Below, piece by piece: positions 25,368 to 34,599 of a stretch of 64,000 bases of DNA. Where the stretch lies: the NCBI GenBank assembly GCA_903889245.1, contig CAISWQ010000100.1, positions 37,260 to 101,259 of the forward strand. Direction: 5' to 3'. Within the stretch, counting starts at the first letter, position 1. Every line of letters starts with the position of its first letter. The translations under genes and the position numbers were made by a program. Source of the DNA: an uncultured Lentisphaerota bacterium. Lineage in GTDB: Bacteria > Verrucomicrobiota > Kiritimatiellia > CAIQIC01. The notes beneath the pieces were generated by a model. That model was given only the letters and a program-made list of their open reading frames with translations. It searched no databases and was not told where the DNA came from.

Positions 25368-26432
25368 ATGAAGAAGATGATTCTGGCGGCGATGTTGGGC
25401 GGTGCGTTGGCGGCGGGTGCGGCGGAGCTGGATTTGCATGCGCTGCTACAGCCGGTGCCGGCGAGTGCTGCGTTCCGCGATCCGCAGTTCAACATCTGGT
25501 GCGGCTCCATGGTCAAGGGCGACGACGGCAAGTATCACCTCTTCTACTCGCGCTGGCCGCGCAAGCTCGGCCACGTGGCGTGGGTCACGCACTCGGAGGT
25601 CGCGCACGCCGTGGCGGAGAGCCCGTTCGGTCCCTATAAGCACGCCGACGTGACGCTGCCACCGCGCGGCAAGGAATTCTGGGACGGGCTCTGTACGCAC
25701 AACCCGACGGTGATCCGCGCGAACGGCAAGTACCTTCTCTATTACATGGGCAACACCGGCGATGGCGTCGTGCAGAAGCCGCTGAACTGGACGCACCGCA
25801 ACCACCAGCGCATCGGCGTCGCCATCGCGGACAAACCCGAAGGGCCGTGGCAGCGCTTCGACAAACCCGTCCTCGATGTCAGCAGCGACACGAACGCGCC
25901 TGACGCACTGGTGGTCACGAATCCTTCGATCTGCCAGCGGCCCGATGGCGGCTTCCTGATGGTTTATAAAGGCGTGGCGAAGAAGGCGAAGCTGCCGTTT
26001 GGCGGACCGGTGGTGCATCTGGTGGCAACGGCCGACGCCGCGACCGGGCCGTTCGTGAAAAAGCTCGATCCGATCTTCACCAAACCCGGCGAGCACTTTG
26101 CCGCCGAGGATCCCTTCATCTGGCGCGATGCCGACCGCTACCGCGCCGTGGTCAAGGACAACCACGGCATTTTCACGGGCAAGGGTTACTCGCTCGCGTT
26201 GTTCGAGTCGCGCGATGGCTTCGATTGGAAACCCTCCGAGCACGTCTTCGTGACCACACCGCAGCTCACGTGGGCCGATGGCCGTACGCAGAAGATGGAT
26301 GCGCTGGAGCGGCCGCAGCTCTATTTGGAAAACGGCGTGCCCGTCGCCTTGTTCTGCGCCGCCGCCGAGGCCAAGGGCCGCGACGGCTCGTTCAATGTCC
26401 AGATTCCACTGAAGAAAATGACCAAGCCGTAA
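25368..26432 (+). CDS. Secreted glycoside-hydrolase family 43-like (five-bladed beta-propeller) protein
   Basis: Signal peptide MKKMILAAMLGGALAAGAA; GH43/GH117-like segments (FYSRW...HSEVAHAVA, DPFIWRDADRYRAV). Family call is tentative. Confidence 0.6.
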   Translation: MKKMILAAMLGGALAAGAAELDLHALLQPVPASAAFRDPQFNIWCGSMVKGDDGKYHLFYSRWPRKLGHVAWVTHSEVAHAVAESPFGPYKHADVTLPPRGKEFWDGLCTHNPTVIRANGKYLLYYMGNTGDGVVQKPLNWTHRNHQRIGVAIADKPEGPWQRFDKPVLDVSSDTNAPDALVVTNPSICQRPDGGFLMVYKGVAKKAKLPFGGPVVHLVATADAATGPFVKKLDPIFTKPGEHFAAEDPFIWRDADRYRAVVKDNHGIFTGKGYSLALFESRDGFDWKPSEHVFVTTPQLTWADGRTQKMDALERPQLYLENGVPVALFCAAAEAKGRDGSFNVQIPLKKMTKP

Positions 26433-26447
26433 GCGTGGCGCTGCCTG

Positions 26448-27014
26448 TCAGCGCATGAGCAAGCGGAGAATCGTTTCAAGACTGCTTTCGGTGAGCCAGT
26501 CATCGCGGTCGTTCGAAAATGCTTCTTCGATCGGACCCGGCATGTTGGGGAGCTTGGCCACGTCATGTTCAAATGCTGCCTTGCGTTTGGTGTCGGACTC
26601 CAATTCAGCCATGCGTTGCTTCAGGTCCTGTGTATCACGGTAGGCGGGAGTGGTCCGATAATCGAGTTGGAGCAGCGCCAGTTCGCCGCCATCGAGCCAG
26701 ATCAGCGCGCAAGCCTTGCACAGGTCCAGGTGCAGGGTGAGGCCGGGCAGCCGGATGGGCCGCTTCTCCATCGTCAGGTGACACTTGGGACACCTGATCT
26801 GCGCCAGCGGTTCGGTGCGATATTCCTCGCTGGCCTCGGCCTTCAAGTCGGTCGGCGGTTTGCGGGCGGAGCGCTTGATGGTTTCGAGGCGGGTGATATC
26901 CACCAAGTGGCCCTTGCAGTCGCCGCAGTACAGAACCTTGAAGCCGGAGTAGTCCACCTCCGTCAGCGGCACGTTGCAATGCGGACACATTCTCATGGCG
27001 ATCCCGGGCGCCAC
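26448..27014 (-). CDS. Hypothetical protein with two zinc-ribbon motifs
   Basis: CPHCN...CGDCKG and CPKCH...CKAC; no further assignment. Confidence 0.5.
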   Translation of the reverse strand: MAPGIAMRMCPHCNVPLTEVDYSGFKVLYCGDCKGHLVDITRLETIKRSARKPPTDLKAEASEEYRTEPLAQIRCPKCHLTMEKRPIRLPGLTLHLDLCKACALIWLDGGELALLQLDYRTTPAYRDTQDLKQRMAELESDTKRKAAFEHDVAKLPNMPGPIEEAFSNDRDDWLTESSLETILRLLMR

Positions 27015-27027
27015 GCGCGGCGCGGCG

Positions 27028-27435
27028 TCAGGCCGGTTTGTTCTTCAGGAACCTGCCGAAGGCGAGGTCCTGTTCGCGGATGTGCGTGAGCAGCCAGTTG
27101 CCGAGGTAGTTGTTGACCGTCTCGGCGAGCTTCTGGGTGGCGCCCTCTTCCGAAAAGTCGCGCAGGATTTCCTTCAGCGTCCCGGTCAGCTCCTGGTGCT
27201 GGGCGAGTTGGGTCTTGAGGCCGGGATACTGCGCGGCGGCCATCAGCTTTTCCTCGGTGGCGAAATGGGTCTGCGTGTAGTCCGCCAGAAACTCCAGCGT
27301 CTGGCCGAGCTTGGCCGGGCCGACGTGCGCGGCGAGGGCGGCGGCGACGTCGTTGAGCCGCTTGATCCACTGTTGGTGCTGCTCATCAATTTCCGCGACG
27401 CCGACGGCCAGCTCTTTGCTCCAAGCAATCTTCAT
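27028..27435 (-). CDS. Hemerythrin (bacteriohemerythrin, HHE cation-binding domain)
   Basis: MKIAWSKELAVGVAEIDEQHQQWIKRLN... with H/E iron ligands; start re-chosen inside track ORF 27028..27786. Confidence 0.85.
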   Translation of the reverse strand: MKIAWSKELAVGVAEIDEQHQQWIKRLNDVAAALAAHVGPAKLGQTLEFLADYTQTHFATEEKLMAAAQYPGLKTQLAQHQELTGTLKEILRDFSEEGATQKLAETVNNYLGNWLLTHIREQDLAFGRFLKNKPA

Positions 27436-27497
27436 GATGTATTCTCCGTGGCGCGGAAGATAACAGATGCCGTCGCCGCGGCCAATCCCCGACCCGT

Positions 27498-27887
27498 TTA
27501 TTCGGTAGGCAGACCCAAGGACAGCCGGGCGGCAGAGCGGAAAGCGCGGCACAGCTTGCGGGCCTGCATCGCCGTCTCGCGAGTGGCGGTTTCGCCGGGA
27601 TAACGGAATTCGACGGCGGCATCGGTAAGGTGGGCAAGGTCGGAGCGGAAAGTCTCCCAGAGCGGCTCCAAAGGCAGATTGATATCCAACAGCCTGACAA
27701 GGTCGTGAATTTTCTGAATGGGCAAACCGGCGGCACACAGGCGCGCTTTCAGATATTTCTCGGCACACTGCTGGGCGTGGAAACAAATGCCGTCATAGTT
27801 GGGATTCTTCCGGGCGCGCGCCTCACGCTCCAAGGTGCTGAAATCGGCCTCGGCCTTGGCGATCCATTCAGCGACCAGCGGCTTCAT
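27498..27887 (-). CDS. HEPN-domain toxin (HepT-like)
   Basis: HEPN fold with an R-x4-6-H-like motif region (FRYPGETATRE); gene overlaps the upstream MNT gene. Confidence 0.7.
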   Translation of the reverse strand: MKPLVAEWIAKAEADFSTLEREARARKNPNYDGICFHAQQCAEKYLKARLCAAGLPIQKIHDLVRLLDINLPLEPLWETFRSDLAHLTDAAVEFRYPGETATRETAMQARKLCRAFRSAARLSLGLPTE

Positions 27888-28188
27888 ACAACACTTTGCC
27901 TTTTTCTATGATGTCGCGCATGAATTGATCGCCCAGCGCAAGCCGCCGCCTGATCTTGGCCGGTGACCTCACCAGCAGGTCCAGCGGAAACTGCGGGCGC
28001 AATTTCAGGCGCATGGCCACGGACTGTTGGATGGGCGGCTGACGCTTGCGCGAGACTACCAGCAGATCCACATCCGAGTCGGCGTGTGGTTTGCCATGGG
28101 CATAGGAGCCAAACAACACAATCCGCTCCGGACGGAATTCATCCGCCAGTCTCCGGCTGAAAGCCCTGATTTGCCTGGTCGTTACCAT
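27868..28188 (-). CDS. Minimal nucleotidyltransferase (MNT) antitoxin (MntA-like)
   Basis: GS-x9-13-D-x-D motif (LFGSYAHGKPHADSDVDLLV); start at MVTTRQIRAF within track ORF 27868..28350. Confidence 0.75.
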   Translation of the reverse strand: MVTTRQIRAFSRRLADEFRPERIVLFGSYAHGKPHADSDVDLLVVSRKRQPPIQQSVAMRLKLRPQFPLDLLVRSPAKIRRRLALGDQFMRDIIEKGKVLYEAAGR

Positions 28189-28228
28189 GACGTCATCCGT
28201 GTCGAAGCTAAGCCAAGCCCGCTGCCTC

Positions 28229-28296
28229 GGCAAGATTTCATTTCGCCGCAACCAGCAGCAGCGGGCGCGGGCAGTCGCGGATGATTTTGGCGGCGA
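28229..28296. repeat. ~68-bp direct repeat, left copy (duplicate of the uspA 3' end)
   Basis: ggcaagatttcatttcgccgcaaccagcagcagcgggcgcgggcagtcgcggatgattttggcggcga; identical except 1 nt to 31862..31929. Confidence 0.8.
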
Positions 28297-28364
28297 GCCA
28301 GCTTTCGGTTTATTGTTCCTGATGGAGTAAGGCGACAAAGGACAGTTCATAGTCGCAGCTTGAT

Positions 28365-29669
28365 CTAAGACAGTTTGAGTTCTTCTTCTGGCTTCCGTAA
28401 GGCGAAGTTCTTGGCCTTCCGAGTGGTCTGCTCTTCGACAACTCCATCCTTCACCATATGTTTCAACCAGTCTTGTAGTTGCGCTTTTCGGACCTTCAGA
28501 ATTATCACTAGTTCATCGACTTTTCGTGGCTTGTCCAAGGCGTTCACAATGAGGGGCTTTACCGTGTCATATACAGAGGCCAATAACGAGGCGGGTGTCT
28601 CACGCACAACCATTCTTTCTTCGCTTGAGGTTGTTGAGGGCTCCATGTATGTCGGCGGCGGAATCTCGTTCTTGGACTGGGCCTGCTCGACTGATTCTGA
28701 CATTACGGGTGCAGTCTCGGCCGGCGCACTCGCGGATTGGAGTGCTTTATTAAGGTTGGCGGACATCGCCTCTGCCGGGAGAGGGATACCTCCTATTCGT
28801 AATAATTCGGTGTTTCCTTTCGGCACATTGGGCCCAGTTCTGATGAAAACAGGCCGGCCGCTCTTGCGCCGCAATTCCTCATCGGCACCCGCCCAGGTGC
28901 CACCCTCCTGATAGTCTGAACTGACTACAACCGCGAAGTCGGCCAGCGCGTAGATATACTTGTTCCGGCCCATCGCGTTGCCAACGTTGAACCCCGCTTC
29001 CGGGTTGTACGTGGAGATCAACACCAGTTGGCCGCTACGAATACCCTCGCGGTACTTCCCCGAAACCGCCGCTCGCAAGAGGCTATCGGCCATGACCCCG
29101 ATGACAGTCCCGCCCTCCTCAAACGCGCCGTGCATGGCGGTTTCGTCAACCCCGCGCGCCGCGCCGGAAATCAACTGCATGCCGGACTGAGCCGCGCTAC
29201 GTCCCACGGCGCGCGCGAACGCCTCCGCTTCCGCGTCGATGTGCCTGGATCCTACGACAGCCAATCCGCCTTTGGACAGCAAGGACCGGTCTCCCGCGCC
29301 ATATAGGATTGGCGGTGCGCAGCGCTTGAGGTGTTGCTTGAGCTTATGTGGATAGGCTTCGTCACTACGGCAGAGGACCCAAAGACCCTTGTTCACCCAT
29401 TTTTCAATGGCAATCGCCATGCTCGCCCCGCGTGCCAGCAGGGCCTTCATCCGTGCCGGTCCCACGGGCGCAAAGGCGTCACTCAAAGCCCCTTGGTGCT
29501 CTTCGTTCAGAAGATCCGCAGGCCACCATTTCTTACTGACCAACCACGCCGCAACTTCATCGTATTCCTTGATGTTCAGCGGTTGCGCGCCGATGTCATC
29601 GCCTGCGCCAAACCGCCCGCACAGAAGGAGAATGGCCTTCGCATTCTCCGTGATTTGCTCAGTCGTCAT
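28365..29669 (-). CDS. DprA/Smf-like (SLOG Rossmann) protein with C-terminal winged-helix-like domain; candidate antitoxin partner (PsyrA/ShosA-like)
   Basis: LAVVGSRH..., ISGAARGVDETAMHGAFEEGGTVIGVMADSL..., NRNKYIYALADFAVVV: DprA Rossmann signature. Confidence 0.8.
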   Translation of the reverse strand: MTTEQITENAKAILLLCGRFGAGDDIGAQPLNIKEYDEVAAWLVSKKWWPADLLNEEHQGALSDAFAPVGPARMKALLARGASMAIAIEKWVNKGLWVLCRSDEAYPHKLKQHLKRCAPPILYGAGDRSLLSKGGLAVVGSRHIDAEAEAFARAVGRSAAQSGMQLISGAARGVDETAMHGAFEEGGTVIGVMADSLLRAAVSGKYREGIRSGQLVLISTYNPEAGFNVGNAMGRNKYIYALADFAVVVSSDYQEGGTWAGADEELRRKSGRPVFIRTGPNVPKGNTELLRIGGIPLPAEAMSANLNKALQSASAPAETAPVMSESVEQAQSKNEIPPPTYMEPSTTSSEERMVVRETPASLLASVYDTVKPLIVNALDKPRKVDELVIILKVRKAQLQDWLKHMVKDGVVEEQTTRKAKNFALRKPEEELKLS

Positions 29670-29681
29670 GTCTCACACTCC

Positions 29682-31799
29682 TCAATCCGTTCGCGGCGAG
29701 TTCAGCGCCAAGGCCAGGGGCAACACAGCAGGACAACCCGCCTGCCGTAGAAGCGCCGCCGCCACGGTGAACGTCCAGCGAGAATCTACCATGTCATCCA
29801 CGAGCAGGACTGGCCCGCTGGGCATACCCGTCTGATCCACCTCAAACACCCCGTCCAGATTCTTCGCCTGCTGAAAACTGTTCTGCATGTGTTTCTGTTG
29901 TTCGTTCTGTCGAATCTTCTTCAGACACGGCACAAACGGAATTCCGATTCGCGCCGCCAAACGACGGGCAAAGTCTGGTACGAGGTCGGGGTGTGTCAGC
30001 GATGGTATGCAGGTCAGCCATGCCGGTGGCGGTTGCGGCTTCCACTCCTCAAGCATTTGCAGGCAACCGTCCGCCAGTTCGTCCCGGAACTTACCGATCT
30101 TGTACTTGTCCTCTCGGACCATGTGCCCCCAGCCAGCATCTCCCCACAGCGACAGCGCCCGCCCCTGTTCGGCCATGATGTCCATACCGATGGCGGCTCC
30201 CTTCAACGGGTAGTGCGCGAAGATGTCCTTGGCGGGCCACTTCTTGCGTGGCTCGACCGACTGGTAACTTCGCTTTAGGAAGATGGCCGCGCGATTGGCG
30301 AGGTCAATGTTGACCGTCGTCGGAATCAGGTCGCGCCGGAGGCAATTCGCACACTTGCCACAAGCTTGCACCGTCTTGTCATCAAGCGCCCGCCCGAGAT
30401 AGACCATGAGACATTCCTTCGTCTGCATGTAGTCAATCATCTGCGCCTGCTCCGCTTGGCGGAGTTCACAAAGCCGGCTAATCTTCTCATGGTTCATCTG
30501 GTAGTTGACGGGTGTAGCGTGCCAGGCACTCTTGATCTTCGCCACCGGCGACGGCGTCTCAACAGCCAGCAGTTTCAGGCACTTCTGGATGTCGCTATAG
30601 GACAGGTTCAACTGCTTCTGCATCATCGGGACCGACAGACCGCCGTCGGCAATATTCAACGCGCCAAGAATTTTGTCCACATGTGCCTGGGGCGGGAATG
30701 CGCTTCGAATGAAGAAATCCGTAATCTCCTTGTCTTCTTCCCCGCCCATCAAGATCCCGTAGGCATAATCCACGGCCCTGCCGGCGCGGCCGACTTGCTG
30801 GTAGTAATGCACCACAGAACCAGGTCGCTGGAAGTGGACTACAAAACCAAGGTCCGGCTTGTCGAATCCCATGCCAAGGGCGACCGTGGCAACCAGTGCC
30901 TTCACCTCGTTATTCAACAGGCGGTGCTCCAACTGCTCGCGGCGTTGCTTTTCGCTCTCGGCCCCCTGTTCCTCCGCCTCAGAATCAACCTTTGAGTGGT
31001 AGGCTTCCACGTTGTACTCGTTGGCCTTCAGCCATTCCGTGACGCGCTCGGAATCCCGGACGGTCAGAGTGTAGATGATTCCGCTTCCTGGCAGGTACTT
31101 TAGATGTTCCGCGAGCCAAGCCATGCGGGCAGGCGGATTCGGAAGCCAGATGTTCTGGAGGGCCAGTGTCTCGCGGATCAGTGGGCCGCGTATCACATTC
31201 AAGGCCCCGAGTTGGTGCGCCACGTCCTTGACAACGCGGTCATTCGCCGTGGCTGTTGTCGCCAGGATGGGTATGTTCTTCGGGAGCGCTTGGAGAACTC
31301 GCACGATACGCCGGTAGTCAGGCCGGAAATCGTGGCCCCAGTCAGAGATACAATGCGCCTCGTCCACCACAAAAAGACCGACCCGGTTCGCCACCTGTTG
31401 GAGCACCCGTTCCCGGAAATCGTCGTTCGCCAGTCGTTCCGGAGAAATCAGAAGGATATCAACCTTATTCGCCAGCAACCGGGCTTCGATCGCCCGCCAA
31501 TCATCCGTGTTACTGGAATTGATTGTCTCGGCCAGAATCCCGATCCGATTCGCCGCCATGATCTGATTGCGCATCAGGGACAACAGTGGCGACACCAGTA
31601 ACGTCAAGCCCTTGCCATGGTCCCGCAGAAGCCGCGTGCCCAGGAAATAGACCATGCTTTTTCCCCAACCGGTCTTCTGGACGACCAACTGACCCTGACT
31701 CTTCAGAATCCCTTCGATACACTCCCATTGGCCGGCACGAAAATCCGCCGCCGGATGAGCGAGAGCTGTACGAAGTAACTTCAACCCGATATCCTTCAT
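29682..31799 (-). CDS. RecQ-family DNA helicase fused to a C-terminal phosphoribosyltransferase (PRTase)-like domain (PsyrT-like)
   Basis: Walker A (KTGWGKS), DEAH box (VVDEAHCISDWGHDFRPDY), helicase-C motifs, RecQ zinc-binding cysteines (CGKCANC); C-terminal GPVLLVDDMVDSRWT resembles the PRTase PRPP-binding loop. Confidence 0.82.
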   Translation of the reverse strand: MKDIGLKLLRTALAHPAADFRAGQWECIEGILKSQGQLVVQKTGWGKSMVYFLGTRLLRDHGKGLTLLVSPLLSLMRNQIMAANRIGILAETINSSNTDDWRAIEARLLANKVDILLISPERLANDDFRERVLQQVANRVGLFVVDEAHCISDWGHDFRPDYRRIVRVLQALPKNIPILATTATANDRVVKDVAHQLGALNVIRGPLIRETLALQNIWLPNPPARMAWLAEHLKYLPGSGIIYTLTVRDSERVTEWLKANEYNVEAYHSKVDSEAEEQGAESEKQRREQLEHRLLNNEVKALVATVALGMGFDKPDLGFVVHFQRPGSVVHYYQQVGRAGRAVDYAYGILMGGEEDKEITDFFIRSAFPPQAHVDKILGALNIADGGLSVPMMQKQLNLSYSDIQKCLKLLAVETPSPVAKIKSAWHATPVNYQMNHEKISRLCELRQAEQAQMIDYMQTKECLMVYLGRALDDKTVQACGKCANCLRRDLIPTTVNIDLANRAAIFLKRSYQSVEPRKKWPAKDIFAHYPLKGAAIGMDIMAEQGRALSLWGDAGWGHMVREDKYKIGKFRDELADGCLQMLEEWKPQPPPAWLTCIPSLTHPDLVPDFARRLAARIGIPFVPCLKKIRQNEQQKHMQNSFQQAKNLDGVFEVDQTGMPSGPVLLVDDMVDSRWTFTVAAALLRQAGCPAVLPLALALNSPRTD

Positions 31800-31861
31800 T
31801 AATCACTTAGCTTTTTATTGCGATGGTCTCCACCGCGAGGCTATGGCAAGCAAACCACTGC

Positions 31862-31929
31862 GGCAAGATTTCATTTCGCCGCAACCAGCAGCAGCGGGCG
31901 GGGGCAGTCGCGGATGATTTTGGCGGCGA
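31862..31929. repeat. ~68-bp direct repeat, right copy (native 3' end of uspA)
   Basis: Encodes ...AAKIIRDCPRPLLLVAAK* on the minus strand. Confidence 0.8.
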
Positions 31930-32779
31930 CGCTGCCGCTCCAGAAGGCGCTGGAACCCGCTTTGCCGTGGGTCGCCAGCACGACAAGGTCGGCGGCGAGC
32001 CGCTCTGCGGCGGCACAAACTTCGCGCGCGGGCTCGCCGCGTAAAACATGCGCCGCCGCCTGCAACGCGGGGCTGGAAGTCCCGCCCACAAGGGCGGAAA
32101 CATGCTGCTGCAGGTGCTCGCGCGCGCCACGCTCGGCGAGGTCGAGCATGATGCGCGTCGCGCTGGGCAGGAGTTGCTTGGTCAGGGCATCGGTGCCGCC
32201 CAAGGTCGCCGCGGTCGGGACGACGAACAGCAGTTCCAACTTCGCGCCGGTCGCGCGCGCGAGGCCGGTGGCGACCTGCAAACCGATCTCATGTTCCGGC
32301 TGGCCATCCTCCGGCACCAGGATCGTCCGGCACTCGAACGGCGCCGCGCCGGTGGCCGGCGGGCGGATCAGCAGCACCGGCACGCTGCCGAGACCGACCA
32401 CCTGCTGCGCGATGCGTCCAAAAATCTTCTCGTGAAACCCGCGCCGGCCGTGGGCGCACATCACGATCAGGTCGGGTGCAAGCTCGCCCTCGTGCTCGAC
32501 GATGCCGCGCGCGACATCCGCAGCGGCGGCCTCGTGGACATGACAGGCCACCTTGGTATCCGCCGGGAAAGAGCGGCGGTGGATTTCGTCGAGATAGGCA
32601 GTGGCCTCGCCCTGCTCGCGCAGGTGGCGCGCGCCGTGGATGGTGGCGGGCGCGTCGCGCTCGATGATGTGCAGGAGCGTAACGCGCGCGCCGCAGCGCG
32701 CCGCAAGCAGCGCGGCGGCCGGCAGCGCGGCCTCGGCGGGTGCGCTGCCATCGAGCGGGACAAGGATGTGCTTAACCAT
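31871..32779 (-). CDS. uspA: Tandem universal stress protein (two UspA domains)
   Basis: ILVPLDGS..., two ATP-binding G-x2-G-x9-G(S/T) regions (CAHGRRG, THGKAGS); start at MVKHILVPLDGS within track ORF 31871..32911. Confidence 0.8.
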   Translation of the reverse strand: MVKHILVPLDGSAPAEAALPAAALLAARCGARVTLLHIIERDAPATIHGARHLREQGEATAYLDEIHRRSFPADTKVACHVHEAAAADVARGIVEHEGELAPDLIVMCAHGRRGFHEKIFGRIAQQVVGLGSVPVLLIRPPATGAAPFECRTILVPEDGQPEHEIGLQVATGLARATGAKLELLFVVPTAATLGGTDALTKQLLPSATRIMLDLAERGAREHLQQHVSALVGGTSSPALQAAAHVLRGEPAREVCAAAERLAADLVVLATHGKAGSSAFWSGSVAAKIIRDCPRPLLLVAAK

Positions 32780-32805
32780 GGCTGGAGCCTCCGCGGAACA
32801 TCGAA

Positions 32806-32836
32806 CATCGAACACCGAACATCGAAGGCTTGAAGA
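32806..32836. repeat. Heptamer microsatellite (GAACATC)x~4.4
   Basis: gaacatcgaacatcgaacaccgaacatcgaa in the uspA/mntH spacer. Confidence 0.7.
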
Positions 32837-32903
32837 GCGGCGCAGCAACGCTGCGCCCGCCAAGCTGGAGGGCGGCGTGTCACGCCGCCGTGTGATGACG
32901 CGC

Positions 32904-34214
32904 TTAACCATGGCCGGTACTCCCGAAGAAGAATTGCGCCACGAGATAGAGGTTCAACGCCACGATCAGGGCGGCGATGATGACCGCGACGAGGGTGGTC
33001 AGCGGCCGGTTGACCAGCACGCCCATCACCTCACGCCGGCGGGTGAACCACACCAGCGGGATGACGGCGAAGGGCAGGCCGAAGCTCAACACGACCTGGC
33101 TGATCACCAGCGTCCGCGTCGGGTCGAGGCCGAGCCAGATGACCACGAGCGAGGGCAGGATCGTCACCAGCCGGCGCACCCACACCGGGATATGCCGCCG
33201 CAGGAAGCCCTGCATGATCACCTGCCCGGCGAGCGTGCCGACCGACGATGACGAGAGGCCGGAGGCGAGCAGCGAGACGGCGAAGATGACGCCCGCCGCC
33301 TTGCCGAGCAGCGGCTCCAGCGTTTTGTAGGCCGACTCCAGCGAGCCCACGTCCGTCAGCCCCGCCTTGTGGAACGTGGCGGCGGCCATCATCAGCATCG
33401 CCATGTTGATCAAACCGGCGAGGCCCATCGCGAGGGTGACATCGGCGATCTGGTAGCGGAAGAGGCGCTTGAGCAGCGATGGCTCGCGAACGACGATGCG
33501 GTTCTGCGTCAGCGAGGAATGCAGGAAGATGACGTGCGGCATGACCGTGGCGCCGAGGATGCCGGTGGCGAGCAGGATACTTTCTGTGCCACGGAATTGC
33601 GGCACGACCGCGCCGAGGGCCGCGGCCTTCCAGTCGGGATGGCCGAGCAGGGTCTCGATGAGGTAGCAGACGGCGATGACGCCGACGAACGCGGTGATCG
33701 CCGCCTCCAGCGGGCGGAAGCCGCGCCGTTCGAGGCCGAGCAGCAGGAACGTGAACGCCGCGGTCAGCAGGCCGGAGAGCCACAGCGGAATCCCAAACAA
33801 CAGGTAGAAGCCGACCGCCGCGCCGAGGAACTCCGCGAGGTCGGTCGCCATCGCGACGATTTCCATCACGACCCACATCAGCCACGTCAGCGGGCGCGGG
33901 AAATGTTCGCGGCACAGTTCGGCGAGGTTGCGGCCGGAGGCGATGCCGAGCTTGGCGGAGAGCGTCTGGATCAGCATCGCCATCAGGTTGCTGGCAAGCA
34001 CGACCCACAGCAGCGTGTAGCCAAACTGCGCGCCGCCGGAGATGTTCGTGGCGAAGTTGCCGGGGTCCATGTAGGCGATGCTGGCGATGAACGCCGGGCC
34101 GAGGAACGGCAGCAGCCGGCGCGGCCCGCGGCGTTCGCCGCCGCCGCTCAACACCTGCTCGGCCGTTGCCTGCGTCGCGGCGTCGGCAGCGGTTCTGACG
34201 TTCTCATCACTCAT
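32904..34214 (-). CDS. mntH: NRAMP-family divalent metal (Mn2+/Fe2+) transporter
   Basis: DPGN motif (YMDPGNFATNI), MPH motif (ATVMPHVIFLHS), 11 TM; start at MSDENV within track ORF 32904..34715 (upstream is repeat read-through). Confidence 0.85.
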   Translation of the reverse strand: MSDENVRTAADAATQATAEQVLSGGGERRGPRRLLPFLGPAFIASIAYMDPGNFATNISGGAQFGYTLLWVVLASNLMAMLIQTLSAKLGIASGRNLAELCREHFPRPLTWLMWVVMEIVAMATDLAEFLGAAVGFYLLFGIPLWLSGLLTAAFTFLLLGLERRGFRPLEAAITAFVGVIAVCYLIETLLGHPDWKAAALGAVVPQFRGTESILLATGILGATVMPHVIFLHSSLTQNRIVVREPSLLKRLFRYQIADVTLAMGLAGLINMAMLMMAAATFHKAGLTDVGSLESAYKTLEPLLGKAAGVIFAVSLLASGLSSSSVGTLAGQVIMQGFLRRHIPVWVRRLVTILPSLVVIWLGLDPTRTLVISQVVLSFGLPFAVIPLVWFTRRREVMGVLVNRPLTTLVAVIIAALIVALNLYLVAQFFFGSTGHG

Positions 34215-34362
34215 GGTTTTCCAGACCTTGGAAACGCGCGGGGCCGGTTTTTCCAGGGCTTGGAAAAAGTCACGCCCGTTTTTTCCAAGCCTTGGAAAAC
34301 AGCGCTGAATTTTTTCCAGGCCTTGGAAAAAACAGCGCGAACTTTTCCAAGGCTCGGATACC
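34215..34362. repeat. Palindromic repeat cluster 6 (5 copies, 31-32-bp phasing) in the mntH 5' region
   Basis: ttttccagaccttggaaacg / ttttccagggcttggaaaaa / ttttttccaagccttggaaaac / tttttccaggccttggaaaaaa / ttttccaaggctcggata. Confidence 0.85.
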
Positions 34363-34599
34363 AGCACCGCGCGGCAGGCATAATGTGCCCCGTTCCGTCG
34401 GATTAGCAAGGCGGGAGGCACCGGCGGGCGGGCGAGGCTGGAACGACTGGCGTCCGATACATGTTCGTAACATGTATCCAACTTGTCGGCGCGTGGGGCG
34501 CTGGGGCGGCGGTGGTGGCTTCTGCGCGGGCCGGTGTTTTGTTTTGACCGTGCGCGGGTGGGGGCGGCATGATGCGCGCGGCTATTACGAAGGAAAATC

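Noticed and set aside
28229-31929. tRNA gene as the integration target of the 3.6-kb insertion
   Set aside because: The duplicated ~68-bp segment is the protein-coding 3' end of uspA (reads ...LLLVAAK*), not a tRNA; no cloverleaf-like sequence seen.
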